From an uncultured delta proteobacterium (GTDB taxonomy: Bacteria > Desulfobacterota > Desulfuromonadia > Desulfuromonadales > BM103), in contig CAVQRZ010000016.1 in assembly GCA_963715335.1 (NCBI GenBank), forward strand, positions 1 through 33,317: DNA of 33,317 nt, read 5' to 3'. This document shows, one piece after another, positions 1-8,624 of this stretch; within the stretch, counting starts at the first letter, position 1, and each line of letters begins with the position of its first letter. The notes under the pieces were generated by a model. The model had not been told where the DNA came from. It made no database searches and saw nothing but the letters and a program-made list of their open reading frames with translations. The position numbers and the translations under genes were made by a program.

Positions 1-110
1 TTGCGCTGTTGCCTTGCTCTGGCCGGTCGAATGGTGGGTGCATGCGGCCGGTCTGGCTGTGCTTGTCATTCTTTTTTTGAAAAGTTTCAGGACTTCCCGA
101 AAAGCCGATA

Positions 111-430
111 TGCTGTCAGCAGAAACTGCGAAGGGGAGTTGATCCGCCGGGATGCCATGACTGCGGAGCGGAGATGAAGACCATCAGCTTTATCGCCGAG
201 TCGCTCCTGATCTGCCGCATTCTGGAGCAAATCGATCTCTGGCAGGGACGGCAAAAGCCGTTGTTTTCTAGTGATTTTGATGTGTTGAGAAGCTTTCCTG
301 CCGGGGTTTTGAGTTTGACACGTTTTGCGACATGCTGTAGAAGTGAGAAGAGTCATTTTGACGAATCAGGCCGTCATGGCGTGGAGAGCCGTGCGATGTG
401 AACACAAAGCACGTAAAGCAAATCCCTCTC
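111..430 (+). mobile_element. Degenerate IS91/ISCR-family (Y2 rolling-circle transposase) 3' remnant with possible oriIS-like end
   Basis: Frame from 111 reads CCQQKLRRGVDPPGCHDCGAEMKTISFIAESLLICRILEQIDLWQG. This resembles the IS91-family C-terminal pattern (QKVYEVDPLxCPxCGxxMKIISFIxxxxVIxxILxHLxLW). AAAGCAAATCCCTCTC at 415-430 resembles the ...GCAAATTCCTATC-type oriIS end. No catalytic N-terminal part is visible. Confidence 0.6.
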
Positions 431-538
431 ACTTACCATAACTTGCGGGGAGTGGTCTCCAACTGTGTCAGCTGGCTGAATTCCATGCAGGAATGATATG
501 GATATTATGGTTACCTTTAACCGGGAGAGGTGCATAAC

Positions 539-1324
539 ATGACCTGGAGACTGCTGTTCCTGACCTTGATCCTCTGCTTATCTTCTTCGCTGGCTTATGC
601 TCGCTTCACTCTGACCCCCGGGGTGGACCTTTCCGTCGAATACGACGACAACATCTTCCTTGATGATGACAATGAACAGGATGATGTCATCACCATTGTG
701 TCACCCAACGTCAATCTGACCTGGGAGACAGCTCGCCTGGACGTCTCAATGTATGCCAGCGTCAGCATGGAGAAATACCTTGATAATAGCGATGAAGACC
801 GTATCGGTGCCGGGGAATCTGAACAGGCTTCCAGTCTGACTGCCCTGGCCAGGCTGTACCGGGAATTGTTCTTCTTGAGAGTCAGCGACACCTACTCCCG
901 CGTTCCCGTTGACGAAGGTGGGAGGGGCGGGGAGAGCAACCGCACTGTCAACCTGACCGATTCAAACAATCTGCAGGTTAACCCTTACCTGCAGTTCGAG
1001 CTGATGAAGGAGACTCAGATGCAGCTGGGTTACACCTACACAAACCAGTGGTACGGTAATCAGAGCGACGACGAGGGTGACGCAGGGGACGATTACGAGA
1101 GCCACCTCTATTCGGCCAGCCTGACGAAAGAGTTGTCATCGAGAACCTCCATGACTCTGTCCGGATCCCATGAGGAATATCGGCCGAAAAACGCTGACGA
1201 AGTCATTGTTGTGGACGATAGTGGTGCCTATGAATTCGACCAGGAGAGCTGCCGAGTTTGGTCTGTCATACCAGGCAACAGAGCGATTGAAGCTACAAGG
1301 GAGCTATGGCCATACCTGGGTTGA
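539..1324 (+). CDS. Outer-membrane beta-barrel protein (EpsL/TIGR03016-like, polysaccharide/PEP-CTERM-associated type), N-terminal fragment of a frameshifted gene (539-1823)
   Basis: GGAGAGG RBS precedes ATG 539. Signal peptide MTWRLLFLTLILCLSSSLAYA is followed by FTLTPGVDLSVEYDDNIFL...DDVITIVSP, typical of this barrel family. The frame becomes nonsense after YEFD (~1240). Confidence 0.7.
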   Translation: MTWRLLFLTLILCLSSSLAYARFTLTPGVDLSVEYDDNIFLDDDNEQDDVITIVSPNVNLTWETARLDVSMYASVSMEKYLDNSDEDRIGAGESEQASSLTALARLYRELFFLRVSDTYSRVPVDEGGRGGESNRTVNLTDSNNLQVNPYLQFELMKETQMQLGYTYTNQWYGNQSDDEGDAGDDYESHLYSASLTKELSSRTSMTLSGSHEEYRPKNADEVIVVDDSGAYEFDQESCRVWSVIPGNRAIEATRELWPYLG

Positions 1325-1823
1325 TTACGAGGTGAAGAGGAAAGGCGACACGGATATCTGGTCGGCAAGCGTTGATTACGAAATTAGCAGCGACTACACG
1401 GTTGGAACGCAATATACGAAGAGCGTCGATATCTCTGTCGATGATGGCCTCTCGAAAAATGATCGGTACTCGGCATACCTTGAGTATGACGATCGTTTCA
1501 CAATCAACTTTACTCTGTTTGGCGGCAGCAGTGATTATGTGGAAATTGACCGCGAAGACGATACTTACGGGGGGAGTCTCTCGGGAGAACTGCCGTTCAA
1601 TGACAAGGTTGGAGTGACCGGGCTCCTCAGCTATACAAATTTTGACAGAACCGGGCTGGACGAAGAAGAATACGACCGCTACAGTACAAGGTTTTCTCTT
1701 TACTATGAAACCAGGTTGGGACGAATCTCCACCGGTTATACGTATAACAAAAATGATTCGGATCTCGACAGCGAAGACTACACGAGTAACATCGTGTTTA
1801 TTAATGCTTCACTGCAGTTTTAA
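1170..1823 (+). CDS. C-terminal fragment of the same beta-barrel gene (true coding from ~1242)
   Basis: Amphipathic beta strands (AEFGLSYQA, LQGSYGHTWVDY, ISTGYTY) and a C-terminal ...FINASLQF beta-signal. Removing one C at 1240-1241 fuses both parts into a ~427-aa ORF (YEFDRRAAEFG). Confidence 0.7.
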   Translation: MRNIGRKTLTKSLLWTIVVPMNSTRRAAEFGLSYQATERLKLQGSYGHTWVDYEVKRKGDTDIWSASVDYEISSDYTVGTQYTKSVDISVDDGLSKNDRYSAYLEYDDRFTINFTLFGGSSDYVEIDREDDTYGGSLSGELPFNDKVGVTGLLSYTNFDRTGLDEEEYDRYSTRFSLYYETRLGRISTGYTYNKNDSDLDSEDYTSNIVFINASLQF

Positions 1824-1876
1824 GGACGAACTAAAGGAAGAGTAAATACAGAAATTTACAGTATGCATCTTGATCC

Positions 1877-1915
1877 GGGGACACTTAAAATCAAGTGTCT
1901 CTTTTAAGTGTCCCC
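1877..1915. repeat. Perfect 14-bp inverted repeat GGGGACACTTAAAA / TTTTAAGTGTCCCC with an internal AAGTGTC direct repeat
   Basis: Arms 1877-1890 and 1902-1915, 11-nt spacer. AAGTGTC occurs at 1893 and 1906. Confidence 0.8.
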
Positions 1916-1971
1916 AGTCTTAACCAGTAAAGAATTATCTTAAATCAACAATGAGATTGGTTCGAAAGAAT

Positions 1972-2020
1972 ACAGATAAGGCCTGAAACCTTCATTGATT
2001 TCAGGCCTTATCTGTTTTTT
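1972..2020 (+). terminator. Intrinsic terminator-like hairpin (17-bp perfect stem plus T-run)
   Basis: ACAGATAAGGCCTGAAA (1972-1988), 10-nt loop, TTTCAGGCCTTATCTGT (1999-2015), then TTTTT. It lies downstream of the barrel gene and abuts the tRNA fragment. Confidence 0.7.
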
Positions 2021-2060
2021 GGTACGAAGGCCAGAATTAAACCGGTACGCTCAATGAGCA
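2020..2060 (-). pseudogene. Decayed 3' half of a tRNA-Leu (att-site-like remnant)
   Basis: Minus strand TGCTCATTGAGCGTACCGGTTTAATTCTGGCCTTCGTACCA gives a variable-arm hairpin GCTC-ATT-GAGC, a T-arm CCGG-TTTAATT-CTGG, an acceptor 3' strand, discriminator A and CCA. No D-arm or anticodon arm is visible. Confidence 0.55.
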
Positions 2061-2178
2061 GTCATGATGTCGATTGGGGCAGGGAAGGGGTAGTTCCAGC
2101 TTTTGTGCCTTATGTGGATTCGCTTCATAACCCTCGATGAGAACGAGCGTACTCTTTAACAACAGAAATCATATTTTT

Positions 2179-2244
2179 ATAATACAAATAATTGTTTGCA
2201 TTAAGTGGGTTATACGTAGATAATACAAATTATAGTTATGTATA
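2179..2244 (+). promoter_or_regulatory. Sigma70-like promoter overlapped by two operator-like palindromes (TA autoregulation)
   Basis: TTGCAT (2196-2201)-17 bp-GATAAT (2219-2224). ATAATACAAAT is repeated at 2179 and 2220. Imperfect palindromes TAATACAAA-N6-TTTGCATTA and ATACAAA-N7-TATGTAT. AGGAGG RBS at ~2244. Confidence 0.55.
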
Positions 2245-2254
2245 GGAGGGAAGG

Positions 2255-2563
2255 TTGATCGTCTCGGATTTGGTCAAAGACAGCTTGAAGGCCCTTGGCA
2301 TCCGTCTACGCGAGGAGCGTCTGCGGCGTAATGATACACAGAAGGTTTTTGCTGCCCGTATCGGTGTGAGTGTCCCGACACTCTACAAGATGGAGAGCGG
2401 CGATCATCGGGTGCAGCTTGGGCACTGGGCTGTCGCTCTGGACCTCCTCGGGCATATGGAAGATCTTAACCAGCTGTTGACTCCAAAAGAGAACCTTTTT
2501 GCCAAATACGAGCAGACCCAAAAACCGAAACGCCAGCGCGCCTCGCGCAAAGGTGGACAATGA
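2255..2563 (+). CDS. XRE-family HTH antitoxin (HipB-like)
   Basis: LGIRLREERLRRNDTQKVFAARIGVSVPTLYKMESG is an XRE HTH. ATGA overlap with the downstream hipA. AGGAGG RBS precedes the TTG start. Confidence 0.85.
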   Translation: MIVSDLVKDSLKALGIRLREERLRRNDTQKVFAARIGVSVPTLYKMESGDHRVQLGHWAVALDLLGHMEDLNQLLTPKENLFAKYEQTQKPKRQRASRKGGQ

Positions 2564-3750
2564 TATATCGTATCGAAGTCTGGATTACCTTGGATGGAAG
2601 TCAGGTCCTTGCAGGGGAGATGGTCTGCGAGATCAATGATAATGGCAGGGGGCGCGGTGCATTCCGGTATGCGCCCGATTATTTGAAAACTGCTGGTGCG
2701 TTTGCCCTGGACCCGATTTCGCTGCCGTTACGTGAAGAGGAATTCAACATCGAGCATCCCGGGGTTTTCGGGGTGTTCGAGGATAGTCTCCCGGACGATT
2801 GGGGCCGACGCCTGCTGGTTCGCAAACATCGGCTTCCCTTGCATCAACAAAACCTCCCGAACCTTCTGTTGGCTCTTGGATATGCTGGCCTTGGTGCGCT
2901 CTCCTATGCTGTAAAAGGCACTCCTCAACAAACCTCTGCGGAGGCTTCGGTTCTTTACCTTTATCAGCTGGTCAAGGCGGCCGAAGCGTTTGAGCGCGGC
3001 GACAAGAGCAATGCAGACATCAATCTGCTTCTTGGCGCGGGTAGCTCGCCGGGTGGGGCACGCCCCAAGGCCCTGATTTACGATGAACATGCCGACGAAC
3101 ATTGCCTCGCCAAATTTCCGAGCATCAAGGACCATGTTGATGTCGTGCGCATTGAGGCCGCGACGATGAACCTGGCAGAAAAGGCAGGGCTGGATGTCCC
3201 CGAAACGAAGCTAGTCGAATGCGGTAGCCGTCCGGTTTTGCTGGTCAAGCGCTTCGATATTTTACCCCAGGGTCGGCGGCACATGGTCAGCCTGCAAACC
3301 TTACTCAAGGCGACCGGTTACTACCAAGCCCGGTATGCAGATATGCTGAGAGTAGTGCGCAAGGTCAGTGACGACCCGCAAGTCGATTCCGCACGTCTCT
3401 TTCGACAAATGGTCTTTAATGCGGTGATGCATAATACCGACGATCACCTCAAAAACTTCTGGATGACATGTACCCGTGATGAAGGGTGGCGGCTCTCGCC
3501 CGCCTTCGACCTGGTTCCGGATATCGGGCAACGTGGTGAGCACGTCCTGTTCTTCGATCTCGACCCGGTCTATCCGGGGCGGGCAAACCTGGTGCGGATG
3601 GGCCGTGCATGGGGCGTTTCCGGTGCGGCAGACATTGTCAAGCAGGTCTTTAGTGCGGTTTCACACTGGCGCGAAGCATATCTGGCCTGTGGTGTTGCGC
3701 AAAAAGACATTGAGCGGTTCACGGAGATTGACGACTATTTGAATCGCTGA
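2560..3750 (+). CDS. hipA: Type II TA system HipA-family Ser/Thr kinase toxin
   Basis: HipA N-domain FGVFEDSLPDDWGRRLL, P-loop GSSPGGARPKA, LLVKRFD, catalytic NTDDHLKNF and LSPAFDL. Confidence 0.93.
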   Translation: MIYRIEVWITLDGSQVLAGEMVCEINDNGRGRGAFRYAPDYLKTAGAFALDPISLPLREEEFNIEHPGVFGVFEDSLPDDWGRRLLVRKHRLPLHQQNLPNLLLALGYAGLGALSYAVKGTPQQTSAEASVLYLYQLVKAAEAFERGDKSNADINLLLGAGSSPGGARPKALIYDEHADEHCLAKFPSIKDHVDVVRIEAATMNLAEKAGLDVPETKLVECGSRPVLLVKRFDILPQGRRHMVSLQTLLKATGYYQARYADMLRVVRKVSDDPQVDSARLFRQMVFNAVMHNTDDHLKNFWMTCTRDEGWRLSPAFDLVPDIGQRGEHVLFFDLDPVYPGRANLVRMGRAWGVSGAADIVKQVFSAVSHWREAYLACGVAQKDIERFTEIDDYLNR

Positions 3751-3839
3751 GCCATGAAGGCCTGACTCACGGTTGCTGATTGATAATGTTTGCGCCCATC
3801 TACGCTAAATCTAGTTGGGTTTGTTTTTCCAGGTCTTTC

Positions 3840-4247
3840 TTATTGACTGTTCCCAGAATATACCGGCAGTCGCAACAGATAGATCGTCACGGCGCCGCCG
3901 ATCGCGAGGAGGGTTAGCTTAACCCATACCGGGGTGGTTAAAAGCAGTACGGAGACCGAGATCGTCAGCCAAAGCAGGGAAATCGAGAAGATTTTCGAGC
4001 GCAGCGGGATCCCCTGGCCTTCGAGAAAGCCACGAACCATCGGCCCGAGGTGGGGGTGCTGGAGCAGCCAGGAGTGAAAACGCTCTGAACTGCGGGCAAA
4101 GCAGGCCGCGGCCAAAAGCAGCAGGGGGACCGTCGGCAGGAGCGGCAGGAAGATGCCGAGGACCGCGAGCCCGGTACTGAGCAGGCCGACGGCTATCAGC
4201 ACCGAGCGCAGGATGAGGTTGTTGCTCTTTTGCAGCTCTTTGCCCAT
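3840..4247 (-). CDS. ybaN: YbaN (DUF454) family inner-membrane protein
   Basis: Signature GIFLPLLPTVPLLLLAAACFARSSERFHSWLL...GIPLRSK; hydrophobic. Confidence 0.9.
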   Translation of the reverse strand: MGKELQKSNNLILRSVLIAVGLLSTGLAVLGIFLPLLPTVPLLLLAAACFARSSERFHSWLLQHPHLGPMVRGFLEGQGIPLRSKIFSISLLWLTISVSVLLLTTPVWVKLTLLAIGGAVTIYLLRLPVYSGNSQ

Positions 4248-4256
4248 CAGATCACT

Positions 4257-5315
4257 TCAATCCGTTGCGTCACGCGCATCTGCGGCCTTGACTTGCCAGT
4301 GAACCTCCTGTCCCGCATAAAACGGCACGATCGCTTGCCCGTTCGGCAAAAGGATCGTCTCCGGCACCGTCCAGGTCTCTTTGACCAGGGTCACGGTCCC
4401 CGGGTTGCGCGGCAGGCCATAGAAATCCGCACCATGGCAGGAGGCAAAGCCTTCCAGCTTATCCAGGGCGTTCAAGCGATCGAAGACTTCGGCATAAAGT
4501 TCCAGGGCGCTCCAGGCCGAGTAGCAGCCGGCACAGCCGCAGGCGCTCTCCTTGCGCTGCTTTTCATGCGGCGCAGAATCGCTGCCGAGGAAATATTTCG
4601 GCGACCCGGAGGCCACGGCGGCAAGCAGGGCGGCCTGGTGGGTGTTGCGTTTTAAGACCGGCAGGCAGAAATTGTGCGGACGAATCCCGCCGACCAGCAG
4701 GTCGTTGCGATTCAGCAGCAGGTGTTGCGGAGTGATGGTCGCGGCAACCTGGTCCGACGCTTCGGCGACAAACTGGGCGGCGTCCGCGGTGGTGATATGT
4801 TCAAACACCACCTTTAAGCGCGGATGTTTTTTAACAATCTTCTGTAAGCGCTTGTCTATAAAGGCTTTTTCACGATCAAAGATATCGATGTGCGCGTCCG
4901 TGACCTCGCCGTGGACCAGCAGCGGCATGCCGACTTCCGCCATCAACTCGAAGACCGCGGTCATGGTCGCCAGGTCACTGGGCGCCGCATCGGAATTCGT
5001 CGTCCCGCCCGCCGGGTAAAGCTTGGCGGCGACAATCCCGGCGGCCTTGGCCTTGCGAATATCCTCCGGGGCGGTGCCGTTGGTCAAAAACAACGTCATC
5101 AGCGGTTGGAAAGTGCTGGCCGGGGGGAGGGCGGCCTTGATCCGTTCACGGTAGGCTAAAGCCATCCCGGCATCGACCACCGGCGGCACCAGGTTGGGCA
5201 TCACGATTGCGCGCTGGAAGCAGCGGGCCGTGGCGGCCACCGTTTCCCCCAGCATCTCGCCGTCACGAAAGTGCAGGTGCCAGTCATCAGGCTTGCGGAT
5301 GGTTATCTCGGGCAT
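4257..5315 (-). CDS. pyrC: Dihydroorotase, homodimeric (E. coli-like) type
   Basis: [51 protein letters not shown]; 352 aa. Confidence 0.96.
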   Translation of the reverse strand: MPEITIRKPDDWHLHFRDGEMLGETVAATARCFQRAIVMPNLVPPVVDAGMALAYRERIKAALPPASTFQPLMTLFLTNGTAPEDIRKAKAAGIVAAKLYPAGGTTNSDAAPSDLATMTAVFELMAEVGMPLLVHGEVTDAHIDIFDREKAFIDKRLQKIVKKHPRLKVVFEHITTADAAQFVAEASDQVAATITPQHLLLNRNDLLVGGIRPHNFCLPVLKRNTHQAALLAAVASGSPKYFLGSDSAPHEKQRKESACGCAGCYSAWSALELYAEVFDRLNALDKLEGFASCHGADFYGLPRNPGTVTLVKETWTVPETILLPNGQAIVPFYAGQEVHWQVKAADARDATD

Positions 5316-5885
5316 GACCTGTTCTCTTTAGAAAACTTATTTACTTTAACTGTTACACTTTAACTACATGGAATATATAGTAATTATGTACTCTATATCG
5401 CTCAAAGACAGCGGCGTTGATCTTGTCGCAGTCCGGGGAAAAGCCGGGCGTCCTTGTGCCTTGTTGAGCGGCACGGCAAGGCTTCAGGAGCGAATCGTCT
5501 TAAAGCCAACCTTTATCTGGATGCCTGCCTATTGTGACACATTCTGTCGGGTGGGTCGATATGCTAAGGCAGGGATGATTGCAACCGTGATTTGCGGCTG
5601 CGTAACAGCCGGGGAAGATCCGGGCTGCCGCCGGCCGCTCTGCGCAGTCGCCGTTCATATCCGGTCAGAACTTACGGGGGATGATTTTGACGAAGCCCAA
5701 ATTTGCCCTCCAGGCAACGAACGGTTTCTGGCGAAGGGGAATGCCTGGGCTTGCCGGCGGCTTGTGCGGCTCTTTCTGATGCCGGGCACGATCGCGTGCT
5801 GCCGTTGCAACGCATTTTGGCCGTTCGAGAAGAGGGCGCTTGGCTCGATGACGCTTTTGCCTGGCTCCTGCCATATCTACCCATA

Positions 5886-5913
5886 ACGTCGCATAATATA
5901 TATTATGTAAACT
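5886..5913. other. dif site (XerC/XerD chromosome dimer resolution site)
   Basis: ACGTCGCATAA-TATATA-TTATGTAAACT has the 11-6-11 layout of E. coli dif (GGTGCGCATAA-TGTATA-TTATGTTAAAT). It is intergenic, and the KOPS-like motifs I spotted converge on it. Confidence 0.85.
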
Positions 5914-6127
5914 TATGGGGTGTGGCGATATGCTGATCGCGAGGCAAAGATCAAACCAGGACCGGAAGGTCAAAGACAGGAACAGCCTCTCATGCTTCAA
6001 TGCTATTACGGGATAATGACAAACACGCCACGGCGAGGCCATACATTCCCCTTCGCCGGACCGAGATCGTGGCTCACAGGGCAAATTGGAGAGGCAACCC
6101 AAAAGGTCGTGCTTTTAATGCCCCTTT

Positions 6128-6910
6128 CTACCAGGCTGCGCTGAGGGCATTCTCATGGATGTAATCACGTATGACGTTCGAATCATCAGGATTGATACCG
6201 ACAAAGCCCATCCCCATACCGACAGGAAGATCACGCTTTATAGGGGGCGCTCCTGCATTGACCCAGGCGACTCGGGCCTGGGTGCAAATGATCCTGTCAT
6301 TGCCGGGCAAACTGAATTCAACGAAAAGGCTCGTGCCGACCGGAAGCAGTCTGGGCGATGCTAAAAATAGACCCCCGGTATTGATATTCACCGAATAATC
6401 GAACAGCGGCTGACCGCTCTGTTGACCAACCTTCATTTTTATATGTGAAGCATACCTGGGCTCTTTCCTTTCGTGAACATCGAGGTACCTTTTTGCAAAA
6501 GACATGAAAATGGTCCGGTTGATCGGCTTGGTTATGATTTCGTCGCACCCTGCGGCGATGCAGCGGGCTTTGACCTCCTCGCTGCCGTCGGAAGTAACCA
6601 TCACCACGAGGGTCTCATTCCCCCTTGCCGAGCCCTTGATCTGCCGGCAGCATTCATCGCCGTTCATCCCCGGCATATGCAGGTCCATGTAAACCAGGTC
6701 GGGCCGCTCGGCCGCGACAATGGCGAGGGCCTCCTCGCCGCTGTTCGCCGTCAGAATCTCGAAATCCTTCTTCCGCAGCAGGAACGTTTTTTCAAGCTCT
6801 ATGAACAGGTTTACATCGTCTACCAGGAGTATCTTCTTCTTCGACTGGTTGAATGACACCGGAGGTTTCGTTAGGTTGGGCGAAGGTTTCACCCTCTGAT
6901 TCTTTGCCAT
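6128..6910 (-). CDS. Response regulator receiver + PilZ (TIGR02266-like) domain protein
   Basis: REC: ILLVDD...PDLVYMDLHMPGMNG...VMVTS...IITKP. PilZ: ERKEPR (RxxxR), NINTGGLF, ARVAWV, GMGMGF. Confidence 0.88.
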   Translation of the reverse strand: MAKNQRVKPSPNLTKPPVSFNQSKKKILLVDDVNLFIELEKTFLLRKKDFEILTANSGEEALAIVAAERPDLVYMDLHMPGMNGDECCRQIKGSARGNETLVVMVTSDGSEEVKARCIAAGCDEIITKPINRTIFMSFAKRYLDVHERKEPRYASHIKMKVGQQSGQPLFDYSVNINTGGLFLASPRLLPVGTSLFVEFSLPGNDRIICTQARVAWVNAGAPPIKRDLPVGMGMGFVGINPDDSNVIRDYIHENALSAAW

Positions 6911-6954
6911 TTTTAATCCCTTTCGTAATGGGGGCTTTCGTTACGGGAGTATGT

Positions 6955-6971
6955 AGCAGAAAATAAGCCAA
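6955..6971 (-). promoter_or_regulatory. Candidate sigma54 (-24/-12) promoter of the REC-PilZ gene
   Basis: Minus strand TTGGCTTATTTTCTGCT has GG-N10-GC spacing, 45 bp upstream of ATG 6910. A GTGT-N8-ACAC palindrome at ~7005-7019 may be an activator site. Confidence 0.5.
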
Positions 6972-7143
6972 ATTTATTCGTCAACACTATAATTTTGAAA
7001 GCAGTGTATTATTTGACACTTATACGTTTACATGGCAGCACCCCTCAGCAAAAATGACCATGTGACGACGCAGAGGTGTGCCATTAGACTTCTCCCCCCT
7101 GCCCTCTGCTATTGATAAAAGTTCGTCATAGCAATATTGCGTC

Positions 7144-8613
7144 CTATGTCGCCGGCAAAAAGTCGATCGGATAAAGGATGGTCGTCACCGGGACCCCTTC
7201 CTTGGGCCCGAAATTAAATCGACTGACGCGGTCTACGATTTGTGTGACCAGGACATCAGACGCGAGATCCGTTGCTTCAACTAAACACATGGACACCTCT
7301 CCCTCCGGTTCGATCGTTATCTTCAACAGCAGCTTGCCGCGGAGAGTCGGGTCCTTGCGCAATTCCTTGTTATAGATTCGATAAAGTGTCGCTTTGTACC
7401 GGTCGAAGACAATCTGGATCTCTTCGTCGGTCCTGCCCGGCCCGGGGCCGCCGCTGACAGGCCTGCCCTCTTCGCCGCCAATGCCGGCGACCGCACTCTC
7501 GACGTTCGAGTAACCAACCCCGCCGATCTGTCCCGCATTCCCGTAACCATTGCCACCGCCGCCTGAACTGCCGTTGCCGAGATTCCTGCTGACCCCCAGG
7601 TTGCCAATGCCACCGCTGGTGCCGCTTTTCGCCTGCATTGCGACGAGGTTCCGTTGTGCCTGGGATTGGCCGGGAATCAACTTTGAGTCCTTGTTTACAC
7701 GGGCATCAGTGCCGAGCTTTGCGACCGGGACTTCGTCCATAAGATCCGAGAAGGTACTCTTGAACGCCAACACCCCTGTCGTTTCGGCTTTTTTGCGTGC
7801 GTTCTGGGCCCCGCCGCCATCGGCCTTCTTTACCGGTTCCACTTTTGCCGGCTGCTGCTCGGTTTTAGCGGTTTTCTCAGACGTCTCCTGCTTCGGCTGC
7901 TCCGGTTCAAGCTTCTGTTTCTCTAGCTGTTCTGTGCGTGGCCTTGGCTGCACCGGCTCCGGAATCAGCGGCTCATTTTTAACCAGCGTGACAAGCCGTT
8001 CCGGGATTTTGACCACTTCGACCGAGCGATCGATGATCGGCAGCGCGATCAACGGGATGATCGTGCCGAACGTCACACTGCAAAACAGGCACAGAAGCAG
8101 GGTTTTTCGAAAGTGCCGTTCGCTATCGACATCAATGTTCCAGGGCATGGTCATCGGCAGGAATCGCACAGGGCCCATTTCCCGCTCGATAACAAATTCT
8201 TCCTGACGTCTTGCTTCGCGGGCGTGAGCTTGGCGCACCTCTTCGTCCAGGTCATTCAGATCATACAGGCACTCTGCGATTTTTGTCCTGATCGCCTCTC
8301 TGTTCTCTTCAATGCCTTGTGCCTGTTCTTCAAAATTTGCGATCCGGTGCCTGAGCAACGCCAGGCTCTCTCCGGCATCAGCGAGACCCGTCAGTTCGCT
8401 CCAGAAGAGATCACCGGCATCGAGTTCGTCTAACCGGTCAAGTGCGTTGCAGACCTCGCGCAAGGCTTCGAAGCGCTGTTTCACAGCCAGGTGCGTTTCG
8501 AGCTCTGCATCTATGATGCGCAGTTCTGTCTCGAGGATCTTGAGTCTTTCCTCAGTGCCCTCGATCTGCTCATTCAGCGGCGCCAATTCTTCATATAACA
8601 GAGATGTATTCAC
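7144..8613 (-). CDS. TonB-like AgmX/PglI C-terminal domain protein (GltG-like energy transducer) with N-terminal coiled coil
   Basis: Probable GTG start at 8613, just after the exbD stop. It has a ~165-aa helical N-terminus, one TM segment, Pro/Glu/Lys-rich then Gly-rich linkers, and a C-terminal RTDEEIQIVFD...YNKELRKDPTLRGKL...ITIEPEGEV...YPIDF. Confidence 0.8.
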   Translation of the reverse strand: MNTSLLYEELAPLNEQIEGTEERLKILETELRIIDAELETHLAVKQRFEALREVCNALDRLDELDAGDLFWSELTGLADAGESLALLRHRIANFEEQAQGIEENREAIRTKIAECLYDLNDLDEEVRQAHAREARRQEEFVIEREMGPVRFLPMTMPWNIDVDSERHFRKTLLLCLFCSVTFGTIIPLIALPIIDRSVEVVKIPERLVTLVKNEPLIPEPVQPRPRTEQLEKQKLEPEQPKQETSEKTAKTEQQPAKVEPVKKADGGGAQNARKKAETTGVLAFKSTFSDLMDEVPVAKLGTDARVNKDSKLIPGQSQAQRNLVAMQAKSGTSGGIGNLGVSRNLGNGSSGGGGNGYGNAGQIGGVGYSNVESAVAGIGGEEGRPVSGGPGPGRTDEEIQIVFDRYKATLYRIYNKELRKDPTLRGKLLLKITIEPEGEVSMCLVEATDLASDVLVTQIVDRVSRFNFGPKEGVPVTTILYPIDFLPAT

Positions 8614-8624
8614 GGAACTCTCTC

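Noticed and set aside
2020..2100. Intact tRNA gene
   Set aside because: The T-loop is mutated and the 5' half is missing; reported only as a remnant.
5368..6144. Short ORFs around dif (172, 145, 77 and 74 aa)
   Set aside because: No recognisable motifs, atypical composition, and several overlap dif. A decayed gene fragment near 5750-5885 cannot be excluded.
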